The notes beneath the pieces are model-generated. The model made no database searches, had not been told where the DNA came from, and saw only the letters and a list, made by a program, of their open reading frames with translations. Positions 15,291-23,631 of a DNA stretch of 64,000 nucleotides are shown one piece after another. This DNA is from a virus: positions 1-64,000 of the IMG/VR virus record IMGVR_UViG_3300032334_000315; one strand, given 5' to 3'. Position numbers and translations under genes: made by a program. Position 1 is the first letter of the stretch. Each line of letters starts with the position of its first letter.

Positions 15291-16019
15291 CTACTTCCAC
15301 TTCACAATTTCAAATGTACCATCATAGTTCTCAACCAATGCTGTACACGACTCTACCCAATCGCCACAGTTCATATATCTAATACCGCCAATATCGCGAA
15401 TATTAGCATGATGAATATGACCGCATATAATTCCGTCAAGATTTTTGCCTCTCACATAATTACATAGCGTCTCTTCATAGTTGCCAATAAAGTTAACTGA
15501 TTCTTTTACTCTGTCTTTTAAATAGGCAGACAATGACCAGTATTTCATACCAAACACTGTTCTGATTTTATTAATGAAGAGGCTCATGTCAATACTAAGA
15601 TCATATGCCCATGAACCAAGGTGAGAAAGCCATTCAGCGTTTCTAATTACCACATCAAACTGATCGCCGTGAGTAACAAGATATAACCGATTATCGACCC
15701 CCACATGTACGGCTTCCCTAACCATAATAATATGACCGAATTCGTTATCGCAATAGTTACGCATAACATCGTCATGGTTTCCTGGGATATATACAACCTC
15801 TGTGCCCTTTCTAGCGCGACGCAAAAGCTTTTGAATTACGTCATTATGAAATTGAGACCATATGTTTTTCTTTGACATGGCCCAACAATCAACAATATCA
15901 CCAACAAGATATATCTTCTCACACTCAAATGTTTTCATAAAGTCAAGCAGCTGGTCTGCTTGACTCATTTTTGTGCCCAGATGAATATCTGAGATGAATA
16001 CCGTTCTGTATGACTTCAT
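15291..16019 (-). CDS. UDP-2,3-diacylglucosamine hydrolase-like metallophosphoesterase (LpxH-like)
   Basis: SDIHLG, GDIVD, GNHD, HGD, CGHIH, NCGDWVE. Confidence 0.85.
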   Translation of the reverse strand: MKSYRTVFISDIHLGTKMSQADQLLDFMKTFECEKIYLVGDIVDCWAMSKKNIWSQFHNDVIQKLLRRARKGTEVVYIPGNHDDVMRNYCDNEFGHIIMVREAVHVGVDNRLYLVTHGDQFDVVIRNAEWLSHLGSWAYDLSIDMSLFINKIRTVFGMKYWSLSAYLKDRVKESVNFIGNYEETLCNYVRGKNLDGIICGHIHHANIRDIGGIRYMNCGDWVESCTALVENYDGTFEIVKWK

Positions 16020-16717
16020 CTAAAATCCTTGTAGTCGCTTGTCGTGGATTTATTTTTGAATGTCACGGAAAAATAGTTAGTCAGATATAGCCAAGTTGTC
16101 TTGACAACACCTTGCTCTTCAAGTCTTCTTGGTGAAGTTGTGGTAACCATGTACATGTTAAACACTATCTTGCCGAGATGTTGAATGCGTTTTGCAGTCA
16201 TGGTATCTTCACCGTAGAAAGCAATGGATGTGTCATAACCGCCGACTTCATCCAAAGCTTTCTTTTTAATCATGCAGTTTCCGCCTTGAAGAAACACGCC
16301 GATATAATCGTTGCTGAGTTTAGCAAGTAAGTAATAGAACTTCGTTAGCACCCGTAGTTTAAAACTAGCACCATTATATTCAAGAGGACCAGTTACTGCG
16401 ACAACATGGTCATTTGATAGACAACTCAGTGCTTCCCAAACCCAACCATCAGTTATCTTGGAATCAGCATCAATGTTTGCAACCAAGAATCCTTTAGCAG
16501 TTTCGTAGCCAGCTTGTCTCGCAAACACAACACCCTTGCGAGATTCTTTGATAACAAAAGCACCTTCTAGTTCTGCGATTTCAGCAGTCTTATCGGTGCA
16601 ATTGTTATCAACCACAATGATTTCATATGGCACATACCACACATGTTTTCTGATTGCGCGTATGCAGTCCTTGATATGCGCTTCTTCGTTATAGCATGGT
16701 ATGATAAATGAGATCAT
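16016..16717 (-). CDS. family 2 glycosyltransferase
   Basis: IIPCYNEE, VDNNCTD, DADS, GED, SPRR. Confidence 0.9.
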   Translation of the reverse strand: MISFIIPCYNEEAHIKDCIRAIRKHVWYVPYEIIVVDNNCTDKTAEIAELEGAFVIKESRKGVVFARQAGYETAKGFLVANIDADSKITDGWVWEALSCLSNDHVVAVTGPLEYNGASFKLRVLTKFYYLLAKLSNDYIGVFLQGGNCMIKKKALDEVGGYDTSIAFYGEDTMTAKRIQHLGKIVFNMYMVTTTSPRRLEEQGVVKTTWLYLTNYFSVTFKNKSTTSDYKDFR

Positions 16718-17010
16718 TACTCGTCTTTCTTTTCTTTAGTCTTGTAGTACTCGTCTACAAGATCAAACCTATCGGCTTTCAAGTCGCCGACATACCAATC
16801 TAGACCGGTAAAGTCTGCCATTTCTTCACCATCATTTTTCATTTGACTGAGATGAGCAACATATATTGCCATCTGCTTCTTCTGAAAAAGCCTTTCATTG
16901 TACAGCTTTACCAGTTCTGCTCGGTCTTCTTTATTGTGGAAAATTGTCCACGATGTAAAGAGGAACCAATGTTTGAATGTTACCCAACCATAATATAACC
17001 ACTGTTTCAT
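16717..17010 (-). CDS. hypothetical protein
   Basis: Coupled ORF. Confidence 0.65.
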   Translation of the reverse strand: MKQWLYYGWVTFKHWFLFTSWTIFHNKEDRAELVKLYNERLFQKKQMAIYVAHLSQMKNDGEEMADFTGLDWYVGDLKADRFDLVDEYYKTKEKKDE

Positions 17011-17168
17011 TATTCGTCCTCATCTTCCTCGAGTTCTTCAATCTTCGCGTCTTCTACGTCTGCGCCACAAAAGGCGCAGAACGATGGTTCGTCTTTCTTA
17101 CCATTCTTTTCAAATGAAATGGTATACTCATATTCGCCGCAAGGGCATCTAATATCTCTATCTGGCAT
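17010..17168 (-). CDS. small zinc-ribbon protein with acidic tail (52 aa, not in ORF track)
   Basis: MPDRDIRCPCGEY...FCAFCG...EEDEDE; coupled to the RNR stop. Confidence 0.75.
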   Translation of the reverse strand: MPDRDIRCPCGEYEYTISFEKNGKKDEPSFCAFCGADVEDAKIEELEEDEDE

Positions 17169-19075
17169 TAGATTTCACAGCCTCCTGCAACACACGCTAA
17201 TTCTTGTGCACCAGTGGTGTTATCTGTCTTTTCATATTGACCAAGACGAGACCAATCAATTACCTTAGGCATCTTAGCAGCGAAGGCCTCGTATTCTTCC
17301 TTCGTGCAATCCTGATAAGGTGCTTGCTTGTACACATGGTCAGAGAATGGAAGAAATGACACGCCTGACATCTTGTCAAAATGCTTATAGACCCAAGCGC
17401 CAACTTCAAGCCATTCGTGTTCCTTGACAGAGATAGTGACCGATGGCTTATGTTCGCACCAATGATCCTGATATGTGACCCATAGTTCAAGCTGTTCAAT
17501 GGCCGTCATATCTGTGCGGAATACCGAATTCTCTGGTGCCTTCATTGGGAACGAGAACACATACACATTGTTCGGACGCATCGCACAATCTTCAACTGGA
17601 ATGCCAGCGTCAATCATGAGAGCAGCCAATGGATCCTTCTTATCAGCACGAACGGTGCGGATATAATAACGATTATGACGAGCATGAATACCGGAAGCAG
17701 CATCAGTAAGCTGAGAAACAGTCCCAGAAGGCTTAACACAGGTAACAGCAGCAGATTGCGGAATACCCAATTCTTTAGCAAACTTTGCATTCGTGGCGAC
17801 TGCAATTTCACGAAGCTCTGCCAAGCGGCCTTCAATTCCTGGGAGTTTTCCATTTGTGAGGTCATTATCCATGATTCCTGTCATTGATACACCGAGCAAC
17901 CGCTCTTCTTCGCAGTTGCGCTTCCAAGATGATGATAGATATTTAAATCCAGTTAGTGTTGACTGCCATGTACCAAGAATGGTAGCCCAGTAGACCTTCT
18001 CCTTGAGAGTTTCCATCGTGTCAGTATCACGCACGACAACTTCGGATAGATTGCAGAATTCCTTGTCGCGCAAGATAATCTCGGAACATGGGTTGGTACC
18101 AAAATCATAATCAGGGTTACGGCGACCATGCTTGATAACTGTAGCCTTCGCGCTCGCACGATTGAAGATACCGCGCTCACCAGACTTTGATTCATAGAGA
18201 GACTTCCACTCTTCCATGAACAGACCCATATCAGGCTTCTCTTTATAGACCGCAGAGTTATTAGCTAATGCTCGCTGTGATTGGTCCATCCACCATTGAC
18301 CAGACTTTGCCACGCGCATACGGTCATCAGACAAGTCAGAGAGACTAATAAGAGCGGAGCGACGAACACCACCGACAACGACAATATCAGCAATCTTACA
18401 AACGATATCATGGGACTCCAATGTATTGAGACGACGACCAGCAGCCTTCTTGAATGTTTCTACGCAGAACTTGAATAGAGCCTCAAGCGGCTCAGGGCCA
18501 GATGCGCGACCACCAAACGTCTTCAATGGTGTACCAGCAGCACGAACCTTGGATACGTCCCACCGAGGAATTTGCCCAACATAAAGCATACCGATAAGCT
18601 CCTTGAGGGCCTTTGCCCAACCAAGCTTAGAATCGGCCACTACGATTGTGGTGTCGCTGGTATGAAAATCTTCGGAAACGATGGGGAGTTGTTCTACGTC
18701 TTTGGACTCTACAGAGAATCCAACGCCTGTGCCGTTCATAAGAATATAAAGGATCTCATCAAATGACCGTGGGCTATTCACAGCAACATAAGAGCAATTA
18801 TAAGCTGCGATATTCTCGCGCTTCAATGCTTCACCAGCAGTCATAATGCAACGCATAGATGGCATGACCTTGAGAGACAAAACAGCATCTTCAAGTTCGG
18901 CCCTAATCTGAGCAGTATCATAACCATGGTTCGTCTTCAGGTGCGATTCAAAGAAATCAAAGAATCGGCCGATCGTTTCACTCCAACTTTCTCGTCGCCC
19001 TTCATCCCACATGAACCTTGAATATCTTGATAGATGAATGAATTGCTGGTAGAGGGACGGTAACGAGTTAGACAT
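17168..19075 (-). CDS. nrdJ: class II (adenosylcobalamin-dependent) ribonucleotide reductase
   Basis: YNC, GTGVGFS, GGVRRSALISL, TNPCSEI, VKPSGT, C-terminal CVAGGCEI; no nrdB nearby. Confidence 0.92.
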   Translation of the reverse strand: MSNSLPSLYQQFIHLSRYSRFMWDEGRRESWSETIGRFFDFFESHLKTNHGYDTAQIRAELEDAVLSLKVMPSMRCIMTAGEALKRENIAAYNCSYVAVNSPRSFDEILYILMNGTGVGFSVESKDVEQLPIVSEDFHTSDTTIVVADSKLGWAKALKELIGMLYVGQIPRWDVSKVRAAGTPLKTFGGRASGPEPLEALFKFCVETFKKAAGRRLNTLESHDIVCKIADIVVVGGVRRSALISLSDLSDDRMRVAKSGQWWMDQSQRALANNSAVYKEKPDMGLFMEEWKSLYESKSGERGIFNRASAKATVIKHGRRNPDYDFGTNPCSEIILRDKEFCNLSEVVVRDTDTMETLKEKVYWATILGTWQSTLTGFKYLSSSWKRNCEEERLLGVSMTGIMDNDLTNGKLPGIEGRLAELREIAVATNAKFAKELGIPQSAAVTCVKPSGTVSQLTDAASGIHARHNRYYIRTVRADKKDPLAALMIDAGIPVEDCAMRPNNVYVFSFPMKAPENSVFRTDMTAIEQLELWVTYQDHWCEHKPSVTISVKEHEWLEVGAWVYKHFDKMSGVSFLPFSDHVYKQAPYQDCTKEEYEAFAAKMPKVIDWSRLGQYEKTDNTTGAQELACVAGGCEI

Positions 19076-19135
19076 ACAAATCTCCAATTTTCTTTTGAAC
19101 GAATGGCATTAATCCAAGAATTGCTCTCGGCTATA

Positions 19136-20140
19136 TCAACACTTTTTCCAGGAACGGATTGCAAGCTTGAGTGCCAAGCCCGTATGCGTAGCTGTATTTA
19201 TTATGCTATGGATTGCTTCGGTTGATAAACCATCAATAACTGCTTCATTTATATCTTTATATTTCCAATGATCTGGCCATATCACGACCCCGTACCCACC
19301 AGAAACAAACGATTCAATCTTCTTTACCACCTGTTGATTGCGTGGCTGATTATCAAATACAAGCACCACACGATCGGTAGGAATGCTTCGTACCGCGCGT
19401 GTGAAGTCGGTACCACCAGCAGCAATTGCGTTCGGCAAAAACATGCTATCAATTGGCCCTTCTACAACGTATATAGTTTTTGTGGTGTCTACTCTATCCA
19501 GGCCATAGACAAGCGCCTCGTCTTCAATACGCATTGTGACATAGCGAAGAGTGGATGTGCCTAGAGCGCGACCAGACACACCTGTTAGTTTACCGTTTGC
19601 ATTACGAAACGGTATAACAAGGCGAGCATCTGATACCAGTCGGCCCTCATATGCTGGGTTGAGTACCTCGAGGGCTTTCATGTCCCGTGCGAAATACAGA
19701 TCATCGTACCGCTCTTTAGGTATCTTGCGACCCTTAGCATATTGAACAGCAAAATGATCTGGCGGAAGATCCTTGATCTTTACCAGCATATCATCTAGAA
19801 CTGTCTTGGTTACGATTTCTTTGCGAACATCTGGAATAGAGAACGGCAGTGGCTCGTTACCGAGACCACGTTCCTTGAATGATTCCAACTTGTATGCGCG
19901 AGCGAGATTTGGATCAATTAGGTCAATTACCTTGTAGAGTGCTGTACCTAGATCACAGTTGTGGCATTTGAATATGTAGCCATCTTTCTTTGGGAAAAGA
20001 TAGCCTCGGGCCTTGTGTTTGTTTTTCTGAGAGTCCCCACAGAAAGGGCAACGAAAATTATATGCGTTGCCCTTTCTCTTGAATACCAAGAGTTTGGGGG
20101 AGATGAGGGCTATGTATTTTGCATCAATGATAGTAGACAT
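19136..20140 (-). CDS. gp61: DNA primase (gp61)
   Basis: CPFCGDS...CHNC zinc finger, VEGPIDS, FDNQPRN, KDIN. Confidence 0.95.
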   Translation of the reverse strand: MSTIIDAKYIALISPKLLVFKRKGNAYNFRCPFCGDSQKNKHKARGYLFPKKDGYIFKCHNCDLGTALYKVIDLIDPNLARAYKLESFKERGLGNEPLPFSIPDVRKEIVTKTVLDDMLVKIKDLPPDHFAVQYAKGRKIPKERYDDLYFARDMKALEVLNPAYEGRLVSDARLVIPFRNANGKLTGVSGRALGTSTLRYVTMRIEDEALVYGLDRVDTTKTIYVVEGPIDSMFLPNAIAAGGTDFTRAVRSIPTDRVVLVFDNQPRNQQVVKKIESFVSGGYGVVIWPDHWKYKDINEAVIDGLSTEAIHSIINTATHTGLALKLAIRSWKKC

Positions 20141-20146
20141 AAGTTC

Positions 20147-20175
20147 ATTATAAGCAGAACTATGAAGGATGTCAA
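20147..20175 (-). promoter_or_regulatory. sigma70-type promoter for primase
   Basis: TTGACA-N17-TATAAT. Confidence 0.8.
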
Positions 20176-20176
20176 G

Positions 20177-20536
20177 TTATTTCTGAGCCTCTAGCTTGTA
20201 GTTACGGTAGTATTTTTTATAGCCAGCAATTACCGTATTTTGCTGGATTACATATCGGCGCATCTCGGCCGCATTGATAGCCAGCGCTTCATAGCCAGCT
20301 GGTGTTACAGCAAACAATACCACTGGTCCGCCATTGGCTCCCATTTCTTTTATCTTAGCTTCAATATTGTTTGGTGTGAGAACGATCCACTCCACATCAT
20401 TTTGTGTGGCTGGCATTACCGTTGGTAGAATAAGCTCTGGTCTATCAACCAAAACTGGTTTGTCGAACACCTTGGTTGTCTCATTGCAACCAGCCAGCAA
20501 TAGCGTGGTGCATAGCAGTAGAATTTTATTTTGCAT
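20177..20536 (-). CDS. outer-membrane spanin (lipoprotein)
   Basis: Lipobox LAGC; overlaps the i-spanin end. Confidence 0.8.
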   Translation of the reverse strand: MQNKILLLCTTLLLAGCNETTKVFDKPVLVDRPELILPTVMPATQNDVEWIVLTPNNIEAKIKEMGANGGPVVLFAVTPAGYEALAINAAEMRRYVIQQNTVIAGYKKYYRNYKLEAQK

Positions 20537-21002
20537 TTGCAGCCACTCCCTTAGGCATAAGCGAAGAAATCAATTCGGGACATATTGCATTTTTCATAGT
20601 ACCAGATTTTTCGTCTTTTGTCAAGGGTGAACCTGTAGCAATCTCATTGCAACGGAAAGCGGCCTTGGTGCCACGATTGATTTTCATTTGAACATCGCCG
20701 GCATTTGCGATAGATGCGGCTGTCAATCTTGGCGCTGCAACTTTCGAGCGAAGGTCAGATGCTTCCTGTTGTGTCTTGATAAAGTCTTTGGTTATTTCGG
20801 TGTTGATTTCCTGCATCTTCTGGATATCTTCGTTCTGCCTATCCATCTGTGCTTTTTGCTGGTTGATAACACCTTCCATGCGCTGCTGGACTTCCGCAGC
20901 GGCCTCTAGCTTACCTTCTAATGCTTGAATGTAGAAATATCCACCTGATACGATGGAAAAAAGAATAGCCGCTATTGCGACTTTAATTGCGATACTCATC
21001 AC
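20526..21002 (-). CDS. inner-membrane spanin
   Basis: N-terminal TM helix, coiled coil, C-terminal Cys pair. Confidence 0.78.
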   Translation of the reverse strand: MMSIAIKVAIAAILFSIVSGGYFYIQALEGKLEAAAEVQQRMEGVINQQKAQMDRQNEDIQKMQEINTEITKDFIKTQQEASDLRSKVAAPRLTAASIANAGDVQMKINRGTKAAFRCNEIATGSPLTKDEKSGTMKNAICPELISSLMPKGVAANAK

Positions 21003-21181
21003 TTGCCTCCGTTCAATTTTCTACGAAGTGTCTTAAACAGAATTGGCTGCCCGTACTTTTTTAATTTGCCTGCAACACCCATACGTGGTTGTTTCTTACT
21101 CCAATGAACACCGCCACCTGTGCCTGCAACTGCGGACCCTGTAGCATTGGCTGGTGCACCGTCTTCCTTAATTTCGCTCAT
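20999..21181 (-). CDS. small T4-like conserved protein
   Basis: IKEDGAPANATGSAVAG. Confidence 0.7.
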   Translation of the reverse strand: MSEIKEDGAPANATGSAVAGTGGGVHWSKKQPRMGVAGKLKKYGQPILFKTLRRKLNGGK

Positions 21182-21570
21182 TAGATTTTCCTTAGTGTAT
21201 CCATTATTTGACGATCCATCATAATGTCTGTGGATCTGATCGTCTCGTTTCGTTGACCAATACCGTGTACGGTTTCAGGCCAATAATTCAATAACAATAA
21301 GAATGGCTTTAGATACTCAAGGTAATCATATAATTTGAATGTCAGCATTCGCGTCAAAGCTTCTGGCTCAAACACATTGTAAAGAACCACCAAGTGATTC
21401 AGTATCAACCGTTCTTTCAACTCACCTTTCTTTTCATAGCGATTGAATAGGCGACGCAGATTTTTAATTCTATCTAGGTCTTCGTTGAACTCTATTGCGT
21501 CAATGCACGGATTGGTATAATGCTTTGCGGCAAACAGAAAAAAATTTGATTCGTCCAAGGTACCTTTCAT
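21181..21570 (-). CDS. conserved T4-like hypothetical protein
   Basis: NFFLFAAKHY.NP.C...EF.EDL.R...ERLILNH. Confidence 0.85.
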   Translation of the reverse strand: MKGTLDESNFFLFAAKHYTNPCIDAIEFNEDLDRIKNLRRLFNRYEKKGELKERLILNHLVVLYNVFEPEALTRMLTFKLYDYLEYLKPFLLLLNYWPETVHGIGQRNETIRSTDIMMDRQIMDTLRKI

Positions 21571-21581
21571 ATCTCTTTCAC

Positions 21582-21965
21582 TTAGTGCCCAAGTACCTTA
21601 AAAAATGTGGCTATAAACGAAAACCCATAGCCAAGTACAGTACCACCTCCAATAGCCATCCATATGTATTTCTGAATAGCAGCTATCTTTTCATTCAAAC
21701 ATGCATAATGTTTATTTTGTTCTTCTCTTACTGCTTTTATTTCGTCTAATATGGCTTTGTCTTGTGTGCGTATCGTATCGTAAACATCTTTCAATTTTGT
21801 GTCCAATTCTTCACGACGCTTTTCTAACTTGATTTCAATTACCTCAGCTTGCTTTTCGTGCTGTGTTATTCTAGCTTCCTGGACAGAAATCATGGCCTTC
21901 AGATCACTGGAAATATCCGTGAGTCTTACGATTGCCGATTCTATTCTGTCTAGTTGCTCAACCAT
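21582..21965 (-). CDS. coiled-coil protein with C-terminal TM helix
   Basis: Heptad pattern followed by WMAIGGG hydrophobic segment. Confidence 0.75.
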   Translation of the reverse strand: MVEQLDRIESAIVRLTDISSDLKAMISVQEARITQHEKQAEVIEIKLEKRREELDTKLKDVYDTIRTQDKAILDEIKAVREEQNKHYACLNEKIAAIQKYIWMAIGGGTVLGYGFSFIATFFKVLGH

Positions 21966-22420
21966 TAGTAGACCTTTAAATAATTGATTACGCTCTTGCG
22001 GACTTCATGTGGTAATGATATAGCAAGAGCAGCAGCCAAATGATGTGGCTCAACTTTCTGCTCTATAAGGTTCGCGCACTCAATAACAACTAAATCTGTT
22101 TCTTGGTTTTGTATAAACGAAACAATGCGTGGGTTCTTGCGATTGCCGAACTCCCACGCTAATGTTTCGGCTTTCTCTCCTATCAATGCACGGACTTCAT
22201 CGCGCTTTGATGGATCTATGGTAACTGTATGGTATGAATCTGTGCCATATATTGAGTGACACAATCCAGCATATACAATATCACTAGAGCATCCCCAGTC
22301 CATAAGTAAACTTGCTGTACCGGTTAAATGCTCTAATAATGATCTTTGGCTGTGATTATTTTCTTCGGCGCCATTATCTAAAAGAAACTCAATTACCTTA
22401 TGAATCAAATCACACCTCAA
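21965..22420 (-). CDS. HD-domain-like protein (DUF6817-like)
   Basis: HSQRSLLEHL, AGLCHSIYGT, LIGEKAE. Confidence 0.75.
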   Translation of the reverse strand: MRCDLIHKVIEFLLDNGAEENNHSQRSLLEHLTGTASLLMDWGCSSDIVYAGLCHSIYGTDSYHTVTIDPSKRDEVRALIGEKAETLAWEFGNRKNPRIVSFIQNQETDLVVIECANLIEQKVEPHHLAAALAISLPHEVRKSVINYLKVY

Positions 22421-22797
22421 AATGTATTAAGCGCAACTCTCTTTATGGTAGTTGCGTTGACTGCAATATAGATGTATGTATTTGTGAAACGCATCTCTCC
22501 TACGGCCATACCAACAGTTGTCGCATTATTGGAAGCTGGTGCACTACCTAATGTGACGTTGACAATGTTTGCTGTGAGAGTTTTTGTGATGTTGACGTTT
22601 GCTGTAGTTGTGGTACGTGCGCGTACAGTGAGTGTTGACCCACTGAACACGGTGTTGGATGGAACTGCGCCAAACAAACCCTTCACAGTAATTCGTTTGG
22701 ATGTTGGAGTTCCATTGGCGTCAGTAACAATCAGGAGCAAATCGGGAGATGCAGCCGTTGTCGCTGATGGTAGTTGAGATACTTTCTTGTCAGCCAT
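22417..22797 (-). CDS. virion structural protein (fiber/decoration-like)
   Basis: MADKKVSQL, beta-rich, GEMRF..YIYIAV...IKRVAL. Confidence 0.7.
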   Translation of the reverse strand: MADKKVSQLPSATTAASPDLLLIVTDANGTPTSKRITVKGLFGAVPSNTVFSGSTLTVRARTTTTANVNITKTLTANIVNVTLGSAPASNNATTVGMAVGEMRFTNTYIYIAVNATTIKRVALNTF

Positions 22798-22818
22798 TAT
22801 TCAGCTCCCGATCCTTTA

Positions 22819-23562
22819 TTAAACGCCCTTAGGTGATACTTGGAATGTTGTGATACGAGCGCCATTGAAACGTGATAGGTTGTTTGAAACCGCACCACTG
22901 ATCTGCAAGTTTGCAGCGTGTGTTGTTCCCTGCTCTGGATTATAAAGAGGATTGCCTGTGACAGAAATTGTCTGAGCATTGATCTTATATGTGGCCTTTG
23001 CAGAACCAGCACCACCCTGTAGAACAGGTAGTGTGAATACCATTACGTTGTTAGCCACGTTCGCACGAGCGGCTGCGGCTGCTGTGATACGAGCAACTGC
23101 GTTATTACCACCAACAGTGTTTGCAACAGTGATTGACATAAGGTTGCCAGATGGGCGCTTATGTACGGGCATATTGAACACAACATAAAGATTGGCGCCT
23201 GCTGCGTTTGCTGAGATAACTCCGTTTGCGTTTAGCTTCACGAAGATTTCACAGATATCTGGGCGACCAAGATATGTGTTTGATGTATAACTATATCCAC
23301 CACCTGGATTGGCCGAAACTAAAATTTCGTCAATCTGACGTTGATTACCATCAGTTACCTTATTCATGCGACGCACCCAACCTGCAGAGGTTGCGATGAC
23401 GTTACGCTTGTTTGCAAGATCGGTTAGACCACCGGTTGCATCATATGAGTGACCAATACCATCACTCATTGGAAGCGGGCGAAAACCCGCCTTCATTCCT
23501 GCTTCTGTGTTTGCACCAGTTGCTGTCTGTGTGCTTTCTCTACTAAAACCCCATAGTGCCAT
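22819..23562 (-). CDS. virion structural protein
   Basis: MALWG start, AGWVRR, Ala/Asn/Thr-rich; late-type box upstream. Confidence 0.65.
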   Translation of the reverse strand: MALWGFSRESTQTATGANTEAGMKAGFRPLPMSDGIGHSYDATGGLTDLANKRNVIATSAGWVRRMNKVTDGNQRQIDEILVSANPGGGYSYTSNTYLGRPDICEIFVKLNANGVISANAAGANLYVVFNMPVHKRPSGNLMSITVANTVGGNNAVARITAAAAARANVANNVMVFTLPVLQGGAGSAKATYKINAQTISVTGNPLYNPEQGTTHAANLQISGAVSNNLSRFNGARITTFQVSPKGV

Positions 23563-23631
23563 TTTCTTATTCCTTTTCGCTTTTCGTTGTGACTACTCGG
23601 CATAATATAGATTTTATTCGCTATACCCTAT

